Numbered from the stretch's first letter, positions 35,410 through 45,707 are shown. The stretch is DNA of 64,000 nucleotides from an uncultured Phycisphaerales bacterium (GCA_963772725.1 CAVYYI010000003.1:32001-96000), one strand, 5' to 3'. Numbers and translations: made by a program. Notes: a model not told the origin generated them from the sequence alone.

Positions 35410-35883
35410 TTAAAATCCTTCGCTTTGTTTTTGAAGCAGGGTCTGTCTTGCCTGCGTCATCTGCTTTTGATATTGCGCCATGTGGTCATTCAAATACTGT
35501 TCCCAGTCCTGACTGTTCCACAGCTCTATATGGTCCCTTACGCCCACAAGCGTAACATCGTCCTTCAGGCCGGCCCTTTTCCGCAGCTTTTCATTCAGAA
35601 GCAGCCTGCCCTGATTGTCCAGCTCAATCTTACTCGCAAGCGCAAAACTCATTCGCTCAAACGTTACCGCCTCATCCGGTGCGGTACTGCCAGGCGCCAC
35701 CGCAAGTGCGATACGCTCAAAATACTTTTCAGGATACAAGCAAAGTATCCCGTTAGCGCCCAGGACGAGATAAAAATTGCTGCCATGCTCCTCAAAATCT
35801 ATCTGGTTGCGTAACTTATTAGATATGAGGACTCTGCTCTTGTTATCAATCACGTGTTGATATTCACCTGTTAATAAAAGCAT
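35410..35883 (-). CDS. mraZ: Transcriptional regulator MraZ
   Basis: GEYQHVIDNKSRV, ELDNQGRLLL, GVRDHIELW. Confidence 0.93.
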   Translation of the reverse strand: MLLLTGEYQHVIDNKSRVLISNKLRNQIDFEEHGSNFYLVLGANGILCLYPEKYFERIALAVAPGSTAPDEAVTFERMSFALASKIELDNQGRLLLNEKLRKRAGLKDDVTLVGVRDHIELWNSQDWEQYLNDHMAQYQKQMTQARQTLLQKQSEGF

Positions 35884-35890
35884 GGCTTTT

Positions 35891-35946
35891 GTCCCACTTA
35901 ATTTAAACTTTATGGGAAATATTACCACTTGTCCCCACTAAGTCAA
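35891..35946 (-). promoter_or_regulatory. mraZ promoter with AGTGG(G) MraZ-type boxes
   Basis: Minus strand TTGACT-tagtggggacaagtgg-TAATAT...aagtgggac: three AGTGG boxes, two spaced 10 bp within the promoter spacer. Confidence 0.7.
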
Positions 35947-36202
35947 CAAAAATTAAACAAAAAAATAAAAATTTTTAAAAATATTTAAAATATTCTTATC
36001 GGACGATAAGTATATGCCTGCTAACCTGTTGTTGACTTCACTCCAAAGTGGCCACGATTTAACTCAATATGGCCAAAAGACTTAGGATAGACCAATACCG
36101 CTTGGGATTTGCCATCCCTAAGCGGTCAAAATATATTCAAAAAAAACTTGAAAATCCTAAAAAAAATTGTTTTTTTATTTTTATTTTAAAATTAACAGGC
36201 TT

Positions 36203-36571
36203 TTAAAACCCATTCGAATCCCATTTACTTAATGGACATCTTTCCTTTTCTACCCTGGACTTAGCAGGAACGTAGCACTTACACACCCTACAGAACAGAT
36301 TCCGCCTGTTATTGTCCTGGTCAAACTTAGGCAGCATTGGCAGCTTCTCAAGTTCAGTAAAGTTAGCCACAATATTAATAATACCCTGGGCCTTAAGCCA
36401 AGCCTCATATTCCAGCTTCATCATCCAAGTCTGCATCTCGCAGGCATGGCAGGCACGGATGCGGTCGTCGGTGAATTCATACTTAATCCCTGCAGCCAGG
36501 CTACCATAGCCGACTGCTATGTTTGCACCCTTTTCAATTACCGCACCAAGTTTTTCTCCACAACAACCCAT
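36203..36571 (-). CDS. Cys-rich small phage protein
   Basis: MGCCG, R..CHAC, FCRVCKCYVPAK...CPLSKW pattern. Confidence 0.75.
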   Translation of the reverse strand: MGCCGEKLGAVIEKGANIAVGYGSLAAGIKYEFTDDRIRACHACEMQTWMMKLEYEAWLKAQGIINIVANFTELEKLPMLPKFDQDNNRRNLFCRVCKCYVPAKSRVEKERCPLSKWDSNGF

Positions 36572-36574
36572 TTC

Positions 36575-37096
36575 TTATATATTTGTCACAACCATGGTTC
36601 CATTTTTACCAATATTAAACTCGCCGCAACCCGTGATCTGATTAGTAAAGCTGTCGGCAACGCAATGCAGAGATGTATATGTCTTCGTTCTCCTAAATAA
36701 GGTCAGACCTTCCCATGTTGACTCTAACCATGTTGAATAAAACGTACCAACAATGATACCGGCCATGGTATAACATTCATAATCAGTGACTTCCTTGGCC
36801 CTTGCGAGTATGCTAACTTTTTGATTGCCTTGATATGCGTTGTTAAAACTTTTGTACCAAAGGCAGGCAGTCATTTGATTTAAAATATGCGTGCCATTGA
36901 TATTGATAGAAAAGTCACTTGGTACGCATAATTCGACGTTAGCGATCACAGCTTGAATCTGTACGGGAGCTTTATCACCATAATAAATTTGGCAAGCGTT
37001 GCAATCATTGTATATACAAGTAACAGCTTTTCCTGAGCCGGCATGATATCCAGCCTTAAGTGTACTAACATTGGATAGCTGCTTCAACACACCCAT
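36575..37096 (-). CDS. Phage hypothetical protein (Cys-containing, distal tail module)
   Basis: 173-aa ORF translationally coupled to its neighbours. Confidence 0.65.
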   Translation of the reverse strand: MGVLKQLSNVSTLKAGYHAGSGKAVTCIYNDCNACQIYYGDKAPVQIQAVIANVELCVPSDFSININGTHILNQMTACLWYKSFNNAYQGNQKVSILARAKEVTDYECYTMAGIIVGTFYSTWLESTWEGLTLFRRTKTYTSLHCVADSFTNQITGCGEFNIGKNGTMVVTNI

Positions 37097-37899
37097 TAAC
37101 TACCCACCTGCCAGTCTTCTGATGGCTGGAATATCGTACTGCAGTGCCAGCAACCATAGATACTTTCCGGCTGATAATAGATGCCAACCTCACTGCCGCT
37201 CGCTATTCGCGGCAATTCTGAATTTAAAGTATGACCCCATAAGCTAACAGATAAATTGTAACCGAGGCCAGAGCCTATCAAGTTGCCATCAACGGGCGAG
37301 TATAAACTTGCGTGGAAATGGTTATCTACTCCAGGCGTAGAAATAACTTGAGCCCTTCTAAGTGGCGGAGAAAGTGACCTGCCTATTAAGCGAATATTAC
37401 CCTCGTCGTCAGTCATCTTGCTCGTGGAAAGTTTATCACCAACAACCAGCATCCTTTGATAAGTGCCATAAAATATTTTACTCTCAATGATATTAAGCAC
37501 TGTATCAGATTCAATAAACAGCCAGTAAGCAACATTACTATGAGGTGTGTGATTGATATTGCCGCTGGCCAAACTCTTAAATACACCATAGCCAGACTCC
37601 CAAACATAGTCATCTTTATTGTAAGATGTTCCCGCTGCATAAGCGGGGTACTTGTCAATAAATGCCGCGCTCATCCGTACTAATCCAGTAAATGCGGTAG
37701 CATCCAATATTTGCTCCCGACAAAGATATAGTCCATCACCGGCACCTACATCAACAACGGCAAATATCCTGTCACCATCCGGAATAACCGGAAATCTTAT
37801 TGAGTTTGTTTTTTGGATCATATCCGGCGATTGTAATATCTCCCGTCTCGATGCCGTGTCAATTCGATTAGCGACCTGATTTAGATTCCTTTGCTGCAT
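37096..37899 (-). CDS. Phage tail-associated protein with a CBM5/12-like insert (start approximate)
   Basis: YAAGTSYNKDDYVWESGYGVFKSL...P....YW module; coupled ORFs. Confidence 0.65.
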   Translation of the reverse strand: MQQRNLNQVANRIDTASRREILQSPDMIQKTNSIRFPVIPDGDRIFAVVDVGAGDGLYLCREQILDATAFTGLVRMSAAFIDKYPAYAAGTSYNKDDYVWESGYGVFKSLASGNINHTPHSNVAYWLFIESDTVLNIIESKIFYGTYQRMLVVGDKLSTSKMTDDEGNIRLIGRSLSPPLRRAQVISTPGVDNHFHASLYSPVDGNLIGSGLGYNLSVSLWGHTLNSELPRIASGSEVGIYYQPESIYGCWHCSTIFQPSEDWQVGS

Positions 37900-38594
37900 C
37901 AGATCTCCTCCCAAGTAAGCCGCACGCCGGAAACAGGCTCTGGTCCCTGCGAATCGGCACGTGCGGCTACGAATTTCGTGTTCTGTGATTCCCCCGCATT
38001 TGTGGCGTAACTGCGGACGCAGAACTTATACAGTTGGCCGTCAACAAGTGCAGTGGATGTCCAGGTGAATTCACCAGCTCCCCCGCCGGCACCAACCGTA
38101 TCGAGCGGATCGGTAAAATCAAAACCGCTGCCGTCGTCCATATATATGTTAAATCCTGATGGAGCGACAGCCTGGTCTAAAGGTGAATATCGCCATTTCA
38201 ATTTCAGCTTTCCGCCGGCGACCTTTTCAATCAATAAATCCAGCGGCGGATTAGGTGCGTTATCGAGCATATCTCCATTGGCATCTATTTGGATTATACA
38301 TACAGGCGAATCATCTGATTCCAGGCCGCATCCGCTGACCTGGCGGCGTAAATAATGCCAGATTGTATTAGCCGGCAGATTCTGACCGGGTATACTGACC
38401 TGTTCATCCTCAAGGCTCATCACCGCCTGTACATTATCATAATCAATCTCGCCATCCTGGCCGCGATAAATATTATGGCAGCCGTCGGGCCGCATCCAGA
38501 ACCAGCCCAGGCTAAGGACGGTACCAAGCTTAATGGCGTTGGCAGTCATTCCCGCGAACAAACTTTCTTTCAAAAACTTTGTTTCCATAATCAA
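37899..38594 (-). CDS. Fibronectin type III-like phage structural protein
   Basis: PNPPLDL...LKWRY...GFNIY...LVDGQLYKFCVRSY..AGES FN3 signature. Confidence 0.75.
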   Translation of the reverse strand: MIMETKFLKESLFAGMTANAIKLGTVLSLGWFWMRPDGCHNIYRGQDGEIDYDNVQAVMSLEDEQVSIPGQNLPANTIWHYLRRQVSGCGLESDDSPVCIIQIDANGDMLDNAPNPPLDLLIEKVAGGKLKLKWRYSPLDQAVAPSGFNIYMDDGSGFDFTDPLDTVGAGGGAGEFTWTSTALVDGQLYKFCVRSYATNAGESQNTKFVAARADSQGPEPVSGVRLTWEEI

Positions 38595-38596
38595 AA

Positions 38597-39088
38597 TTAA
38601 GCCGGCACTGAAGGCGTCTTTGTGATTTCCGCGTCAGTTTCGGTCGGAGTTTGAACTAAAATTGGCGTTACTCCATCATCATCGTAATATGTAACCGCCC
38701 CGGTCAACTTGTCCTGAACGGCCTTGTTCGCGAGAATTTTGCGAATCAAAGCTATGTCTTCATCACTTGGTAGTTCCAGTTCACAATCCAGATCACCATC
38801 AATAGAGCGTTCGAATCCCGCAATTGAACCATCCGTATCAGCAGGTTCGCCGGCGTAAATTAAAACATCGACATCATATTTGCCTGCAGGGAATGTTACC
38901 TCTGCAGCAAACATACCTGGCGTTATCGCTGGAGCAGCCGTCTGTTCAACAGTAGCGATTAGGCTATTAGCCCATGATGTATTTAACTTGAAAGTATGGT
39001 CGGTGTTATCGAGAACATATTTGTTGACTCTATTTACGATGCGTATTGTTCTTTCTGTTGCCGGATTACTGTAAAATGAAATTATCAT
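38597..39088 (-). CDS. Phage hypothetical structural protein
   Basis: 163 aa with SD GGAG; acidic, ends IRKILANK...YDDDGVTPI. Confidence 0.65.
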   Translation of the reverse strand: MIISFYSNPATERTIRIVNRVNKYVLDNTDHTFKLNTSWANSLIATVEQTAAPAITPGMFAAEVTFPAGKYDVDVLIYAGEPADTDGSIAGFERSIDGDLDCELELPSDEDIALIRKILANKAVQDKLTGAVTYYDDDGVTPILVQTPTETDAEITKTPSVPA

Positions 39089-39096
39089 ATTGACTC

Positions 39097-40191
39097 CTAA
39101 TTATAAAATCTACCTCTCGGAAATCTGCCTGAGGGCAAGGTATATTCCACTTCGAGAATGGGTGCAAAACCTACACCGCTATCGTCACCGTAAAACACGG
39201 CATAAGCCCAGTCAGACGGCTCAGTAACAGATATATCCAGAGAACTGATAAGAGCTAATTTTGTTATATCTGCTGGCTTAATCCAGTTAAGACTATTGAC
39301 ATTTAGTGGAATTTCAGTATACTCATCAATGCTGAAACCAATCGACTCAACTGAACCACCATTGCCGCCATAATTAGTAAGAGGAAAATCCGTAATCCTA
39401 TTCACGGGATTATGTGGAAATGTTGGTTGACCATTCATAAGAACAACGTCGTAACCAGAAAAATATTCATAATAATCTGCTACGCATAGCTTAACTTTTG
39501 CTGATGTTATGATTGCATTTGCAGGGATTGTAGATGTATCAAAAAGCAAAAAACCACGATGAACCCAAAAAGACGGTGCATCATAAGACACGCCAGCCAT
39601 GATATCGCTATCCGCGCCACCGTAAAACGAACCCACACCAGCACGGGCATTAGCATAAGACGCAGCTTCACACATTGAATACCCAGAAGCTCCGCCTGTC
39701 AAGCCGCCAAAAGAATCATCGACCTTTATGGGATATTTTGCTGCGTCAAGGCACTCTGCTGTAAGTATCTTCGTGCCACCATCCCAAGTGAAATCTTTAA
39801 GAGGCAACCCCATTCTATCCACAGCCCAATAGGCGTTCCCTTTCAGGTCGCCGGTATTGTTGCCTTTTATGCGCACTTCACCTTTAGGATTTTCCTTGAA
39901 GACGTACAACTCTTTGAGGCCATTAACGCTAAGCAAAAGCTTGCGTTTGCAAATACCATAATCCATTTCAAGCCAGGTGTTCGACTTTCTCACCCAGCTT
40001 GAAACGGCAGCCACTTCGATACCATCAAGAGATATCTGGGGTTGCCAGCGCGTACTCTTGCCGTTTTGCACAACAGTAATCATGGTATCAATTACGGAAA
40101 CCGAATAACTACTACCAGCGGACTTAAAACGCATATCATCGGATATCCAATCTACTGCTTTGTATGCCTGAAAATTTATTTTCATAGACAA
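39097..40191 (-). CDS. Phage protein with a C-terminal DNRLRE-like (putative glycan-binding) domain
   Basis: RGFLLFDTSTIPANAIITSAKVKL...PILEVEY. Confidence 0.7.
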   Translation of the reverse strand: MSMKINFQAYKAVDWISDDMRFKSAGSSYSVSVIDTMITVVQNGKSTRWQPQISLDGIEVAAVSSWVRKSNTWLEMDYGICKRKLLLSVNGLKELYVFKENPKGEVRIKGNNTGDLKGNAYWAVDRMGLPLKDFTWDGGTKILTAECLDAAKYPIKVDDSFGGLTGGASGYSMCEAASYANARAGVGSFYGGADSDIMAGVSYDAPSFWVHRGFLLFDTSTIPANAIITSAKVKLCVADYYEYFSGYDVVLMNGQPTFPHNPVNRITDFPLTNYGGNGGSVESIGFSIDEYTEIPLNVNSLNWIKPADITKLALISSLDISVTEPSDWAYAVFYGDDSGVGFAPILEVEYTLPSGRFPRGRFYN

Positions 40192-40361
40192 TCCTTAAAC
40201 CTTAGACCGTTTAATCCATTCTTTCATGGCTCCCAGGCTGAGAGTTTTATCCTCAAGAAAACATTGAAAATAACCTTGAAAATAAAAATACGAAATCTCA
40301 TCATAACAACCTGCCGCAAAAGGCTGAGCGAAAACCGTCAGACCGAAATCATCATTTAATA

Positions 40362-41892
40362 GACTCTGTAGCATCTTTACCGGCAACATACCATTCCAGT
40401 CCTCTCATTATGAAGCATTGTTATAGTTTGTAAACGGCCTTGGGACTGCTCGTCACGCTGCATATCAATGGCCACACGCTGGCTAATATGGTCTTGAGTT
40501 CGCACTCTATAGACACTCTTTTGCATCTTTCGATGACGACGATAACCTCGTTCAACCGCGTTGGATGTCGATGGCAGTTGTGAATCATCGAGAAAGGTCA
40601 ACGCCTTTTCAATATTCGGCGTAAATAGTTTCTTAAGAGTTTGACCCAACGTTTTGAATCGTCGAACATGGCGGCGCAAGACAGCCAACTTTTCCAAGGC
40701 TGTTTCCGTGCGGCAACGGCGATCAAAGAGTCTGTAGACCTGATCCATGATCGAACGTAAATTTTTCAGATTGTGGCATTTTCGCGTTATACGTGAGAAT
40801 ATCTTCTTGTCTGCCTTACTGAGCGAATGCTGCACAAACAAGTGTCGATGCTCAAACAAATCGGCAATCTCATCGGCTCTGTTTTTTCTTTCGACGATGC
40901 CGCTTTTCTCGCGGTTGAGGACGATGGACGGCCGCGTTGTAGCTGTGGGCAGCTTCTTTTTGAGTTCTCGTCGCACCCGCGTAACAGCTTTGAGTATTTC
41001 TCTATTGATCTCCTTGAGAACATGAAATTCACATACCTGGTGGGCAACGCCGGGGAATATCAGAGCCAATGGCTCCGGGTATAACGGCGAGCCATCGGTC
41101 GTAACACCAAGCAGGGTCAGACCTCTTTGATCCAGTTCCGTACGGAACCGACGAAAGAAGTTTATCATATCTTCATGGGTGGGATTATGGTCAAGAACAT
41201 CGTAAATGAGCCGTTTGAACGTGCGGTTATCCACGATGGACAATACACAGAACGGCCCATCATATAATTCATCCGCCGCGATATAACCGGAGAAATCAGC
41301 CAGAACACCATCAAGGTATTCAGCAGTAATTCGTTGCTCAGCTTTTTCCCCCCGTCGCTTCAACCCAGTTTTGAATGGTAGCCCAGGGGACGAAAACCCG
41401 ATGGTCTCGCCATAAGTGCCAGGATGCCGGCCGATATGGCAGGCCGTCTTCCACAACCAATCGCACTGCCAGGTGAACAACCCGGCGGGTATAGTGGCAA
41501 CCGGGATCGGCAAGGTCGCACAGGTCGGCATTGAAGTACTTCTTGCATTTTGAGCAGCAGTGCTGTGAATAACTGACCCAAAGGTCGATCGGACGGTTGC
41601 CAGCCAAGTCTCCGAGGTCATGCAGTTTTCGTCTGAATACTTTGTCGCGATAGGATGGGTGGCCGCAATAGGGGCACGGACGCTTTTTGTATGTGCGTGA
41701 AAGTCGTTTGATTTTAGCTTTGGGTAAATCTTTAACACACGTAATACCTTCCGTTACATCCGATACATATTCACCTGGCCCAGCCATAATCGTGTCTCCT
41801 GAAAAATTCAGTTTATTTCTGTTCTTCCAGGAGTTTTATCGGCTAAGACACCAAGATTTCCTTAAAAATACCGGTATTTATGCTACAGTCAC
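40362..41892 (-). mobile_element. Insertion sequence, ISL3-like (copy 2), 8-bp TSD ATTTAATA
   Basis: Near-identical to 28348-29874; TSD at 40354-40361 and 41893-41900. Confidence 0.92.
40377..41787 (-). CDS. DDE transposase, copy 2 (frameshifted near 41345 and 40870-40945)
   Basis: Same protein as 28363-29769, split over two ORFs. Confidence 0.85.
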
Positions 41893-43028
41893 ATTTAATA
41901 CCTTGAAATTGCCGATGCCATATTTTAGAAACCATGCAAGCATCTTAAAGCCATCCCCACACCATTTACCCTGCTGAAATTCAGGTGAGGCAGCCTGTTT
42001 GCAATCAGGTACCATGTCATGTATAAAAATGAATTTATTGCAGATTTGAATCGCGTTATTATAGTCTTTAATAACAGATTCAATCCGGTGGTCGGCATCG
42101 ATAAAAACGATATCGAACCTTCTTTTGTTCTGCCTGAAAAATTCATCGGTAGTCATTAAATGCGTCGGCTTGGTTAAAGGCTCGATATCTACGCTTTCCT
42201 TGTCGGCGGCTCTTATTCTTCTAAAGTTATTCCCGTTATAAAGCCCCAGCTCGAGATAGCTCATAGTCTCGATACCTGGTATCGAATTGACAAGTTCGGC
42301 TATGTACTTACTCATAAGATTATGCCTCCACTCAACGATAGTCTGGTCAGTTACACGCAGCGGCTGGGGGTATCCGCATCCGTTCTCGGGGTCAGCCCAG
42401 AGACCATCGACCAGCGGGATTTTTTCCTGCCAGCACAAAATTGAAAGCGCAACCTGGTCGGGCCGATGCCCGAGGTATGCCTTGTTATCGAGCGTTACTT
42501 TAGCACCGGAATATCGAGGGCCCACGCTTACGGCCTTATCAGTGCAATTGGCGAAAAATCTGAATAGTATTTTTCGACCGATATCGCTTTTGGCATTGAC
42601 CGCGAAAAAACCGCTTACGGCAACAGGAATCTTAAACGCCTCATCCCGTGTAATCTTGAAATATTTCAGGCAATCATCGGTTGCCCACTGGCCCACAGAC
42701 CAGCACATATCCGGCCTGCCCGCTCGCGGCACAAATACGTTTCTCTTCATTATCTCATCCCGCAGTACCTTATACGGCTTTTTAAGAATCATCGGGCAAT
42801 CCGACCAGATTATGACCTCGTGGTTTTGACCATAAGCCTCAAGCAGACTGAAGGCTTTGAACATATAATTACCTTCGGAGTGAGTCGGAATTTCCGGTGA
42901 GTTCTCCTCAGTCATCAGCATTATATTACCGGTAAAACCGTTATCGATGAAACTATTAGCCATACGCTGCGTCCTGGCACGGTACCAGTCGTATTTACCA
43001 TTCGTTATATAATTTACCAAAACATCTC

Positions 43029-43700
43029 TCATACGTGAATTACCGGAACATTTAATTTTAATTTCTGCATATCGCCAAGTTCGTCTTTAAACAGAATCCA
43101 TTTCTTGGCCAGTTTTTTCAAGTCCGCCTTCGCCGAGTCATAGCCGATTTTATATATCTCATCGAGCGGCTCTTTTGTTATAAGCGGATGGCGATGATCG
43201 AATGTAATCTGCGGACAAAAGACAATCTCGCCGGCCAGATAAGCCCGGTCATAAAGGTCATGGTCGCAGCAGTTGTGCGTAAAGTGTTCATCGAAGATAT
43301 TTCCTTTTTGCCTTTCGAACCATTTCCGCGTAATAACAGGATGTGTGGGAACATCCTTATTAACACCGTCGTAAATCCAGAGAATCTTACCCTGCGCCTT
43401 TTCGACCGCATCAGACAGCCTGTCAATATTCGCTCCCGGCCACAGGTCATCAGCTCCGCAGATAATTGCATCGCACTTCGAGTAATTTTTAAACAGTACA
43501 CGAATCATCCTGTTTTGCAATTTCGCAAAACTCTCCCGACTTCCCGGAAATGTCAGATTGCAGATATCATCGATCGCCTCAACCGTTGCTATATCCCACG
43601 CGTAGGCAGCTATGGCGATTCCAACATTTCGCCATTTTTCGCAGGTTATTTTTGCTTTGGCCGCCCGCTGGCCTGTTGGTATTGTTATCCAGATACTCAT
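43029..43700 (-). CDS. GT-A fold (GT2-like) glycosyltransferase
   Basis: WITIPT, ICGADDLWP (DxD-like), FDEHFTHNCCDHDL, FDHRHP. Confidence 0.75.
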   Translation of the reverse strand: MSIWITIPTGQRAAKAKITCEKWRNVGIAIAAYAWDIATVEAIDDICNLTFPGSRESFAKLQNRMIRVLFKNYSKCDAIICGADDLWPGANIDRLSDAVEKAQGKILWIYDGVNKDVPTHPVITRKWFERQKGNIFDEHFTHNCCDHDLYDRAYLAGEIVFCPQITFDHRHPLITKEPLDEIYKIGYDSAKADLKKLAKKWILFKDELGDMQKLKLNVPVIHV

Positions 43701-43757
43701 ATTTTTTTACCCACTTAAAAATCAACGAAATCAGTGTAATCAGTGTTTAAATATTTC

Positions 43758-44564
43758 TTAGGAAACTCGAACGCAAAGAATATAAACATCGACATCGGAG
43801 CCGGTACCGCCGACCACAGACAGGCTGCCTGCCGCAGCTATTTCATTTTTCGCGTCGTCAATTGTCCCGACCCGGTTAACCGTTTTATCTGTAGCGGTAA
43901 CCGCGACAGCGTTTGTGATATCATTTGTTCCGTCGGTCAGTTTCCATGTGCCGCCGTCGGCGCTCTTGGCTACGCTCCATGCGTCTATGATTCGATATTT
44001 AAACGGCGCGTTGGCTGTATGAATCGCGACGGTATTTCCGTTGGTAATGGCTGCCGTTAAAATAAACGGCACACCTCCATTTACGCCGAGGTCAGCCAGG
44101 TGATTACCTGTAAAGCCGCCGGCAACCTGCAGGAACGTTTCCCCGCGAAGGTCTCGAATGGCCGTGATGATGCCATCCTCATCGACATCGATTTCTGCAA
44201 GCTTGACATGCTCCGTTGCCGGCCAGCCTGAGCCGTCAATTCCGCTATTAATTGAGTTATCAGGGTCAAGCCAGATATAAGTCGTATCGTTATCAGTCGG
44301 GTCAACATTGCTGCCGGGCGTATAGATTGTAACTACACCCTTAAGCAGATACTTTCCGCCGCGAACATTAAAGGTTGTCAATGATGGGCAATACACACCG
44401 AGCACAGATGCCCAGTCCAATGCATTCAGCAGCCCATAAACATGTTGCTTTAATTCCGCATAATATTCCGGATTGTTTTCGGTGGGTATCTCAATCCCGC
44501 GATCGGCAAGAAATGTATCGATAAGCTTCGCGAATATGTAATTGATGCCCTCAATAAGACTCAT
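43758..44564 (-). CDS. Phage structural/tail-associated protein (start approximate)
   Basis: Gly/Thr/Asp-rich beta protein, TTYIWLD...GWPATEHVKLAEI; first gene of the leftward arm. Confidence 0.65.
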   Translation of the reverse strand: MSLIEGINYIFAKLIDTFLADRGIEIPTENNPEYYAELKQHVYGLLNALDWASVLGVYCPSLTTFNVRGGKYLLKGVVTIYTPGSNVDPTDNDTTYIWLDPDNSINSGIDGSGWPATEHVKLAEIDVDEDGIITAIRDLRGETFLQVAGGFTGNHLADLGVNGGVPFILTAAITNGNTVAIHTANAPFKYRIIDAWSVAKSADGGTWKLTDGTNDITNAVAVTATDKTVNRVGTIDDAKNEIAAAGSLSVVGGTGSDVDVYILCVRVS

Positions 44565-44588
44565 CCTTTCGATCCCGCAACCAGCCAG

Positions 44589-44732
44589 ATGGAAGGAGAT
44601 ATTGAGATACTCAGCCCAGGTCAGGCGTTGGCTTGCGATGATTTTAAATATGAAGGTGAATTCGAGATTATCGATTTGCCAAAGAAACATGTAATTCAAT
44701 TAAATTTCAGTATTAACTGGATTTCAGGATAA
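44589..44732 (+). pseudogene. Probable 3' remnant of a tail-completion-type gene
   Basis: 47-codon frame ...PGQALACDDFKYEGEFEIIDLPKKHVIQLNFSINWISG* just upstream of the tail tube candidate, with no room for a full N-terminus. Confidence 0.45.
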
Positions 44733-44801
44733 AAAAATAAAAAGGTTTTGCCTCGGCGTTCTCTGTGAACTCTGTGGCTAAAAAAACTTAGGAGAAAAAA
44801 A

Positions 44802-45707
44802 ATGACAGCGACGGTAAATAACAGGGTAAGAAATCCGCAGGCTAATGTCATTAACGGCGTTGACGCCGGCGGCATGATGTCTGCCAGAATACAGGCTGGT
44901 TACGAAAAGGTAATGAAATCGCCCCCCGACGGTAAGCAGTTTCCCTTCGTTGACCGCGAATGCCAGTTCGTAAGGGGCAGCGTGGTCAGCCAGGACTGGG
45001 TTGAGGCGATTGCCCTTCTAACCGGCACTCTCGGCACAAAAGTTTTTTACGAGAAAAAATCCGGTGCCGATACATGGGTTAAGCACACACTGACAAATCC
45101 TATCATTCACAATATCAAACTCAACATCACCGGCGGCCATAACAATACTTCTTACGCGACAGTCAGCTATGACTTCGAATGCCGTTTTGCCGACCCGACA
45201 AAAACGATTGCCGACGCATGGGCTATGACAGACGCTCAGACTGTGCCGACTTATGTCGCGGCAGCCCGGGGCGGCGTGAGATTTGAAACTGTGACACTTG
45301 GTGCATTATCGATCTACCACGTAACGGCACTGTCGCTTAATATTACCGTGAAGCTTGTAAAAGCCTGTAACGATGCCGATGTTGGTTTTACATGCGTTGA
45401 TGCCGAACAGGATGGCATGGAGATAAGCGGCTCGCTTACCTTCCAGGATGCTGCTATCGGAACAAACGTCATTAAGGCTGCCCAGGTTATTCTTGCGGCA
45501 AGGGCCTCGCTTACGGCCACGATCCGCCAGTCATCGGGAGCGGCCTCAAAAGTCCTTACAATAGCCGGCGTAATTTTTACGAGCGTTGACTCGAATTCAG
45601 ATCGCGGTAATGACTTTAGTGACTATACGGCAAACTTCACCGTAGCCAATGATGCGACGACGGAATTGACCCTTGCTGGTGCGAATAAGATTGTCACCTT
45701 TGCGTAA
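44802..45707 (+). CDS. Putative major tail (tube) protein
   Basis: Strong SD AGGAG, 301 aa Ala/Thr/Val-rich with beta character, directly upstream of a tape-measure-like gene. Confidence 0.6.
   Translation: MTATVNNRVRNPQANVINGVDAGGMMSARIQAGYEKVMKSPPDGKQFPFVDRECQFVRGSVVSQDWVEAIALLTGTLGTKVFYEKKSGADTWVKHTLTNPIIHNIKLNITGGHNNTSYATVSYDFECRFADPTKTIADAWAMTDAQTVPTYVAAARGGVRFETVTLGALSIYHVTALSLNITVKLVKACNDADVGFTCVDAEQDGMEISGSLTFQDAAIGTNVIKAAQVILAARASLTATIRQSSGAASKVLTIAGVIFTSVDSNSDRGNDFSDYTANFTVANDATTELTLAGANKIVTFA

Larger units (their letters stand above)
40195..43032 (-). pseudogene. Glycosyltransferase-like + class I SAM methyltransferase fusion, interrupted by IS copy 2
   Basis: The 5' part (WSDCP, HRPDQ, YLELG, DIVFIDADH, IHD) reads ...GNFKVLN and resumes in frame as DDFGLTVF...RSKV* beyond the IS. 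Confidence 0.8.

Noticed and set aside
36097..36126. Hairpin ACCGCTTGGGAT...ATCCCTAAGCGGT as terminator of the leftward arm
   Set aside because: The stem is real but has no U-tract in either direction, so a function cannot be supported.
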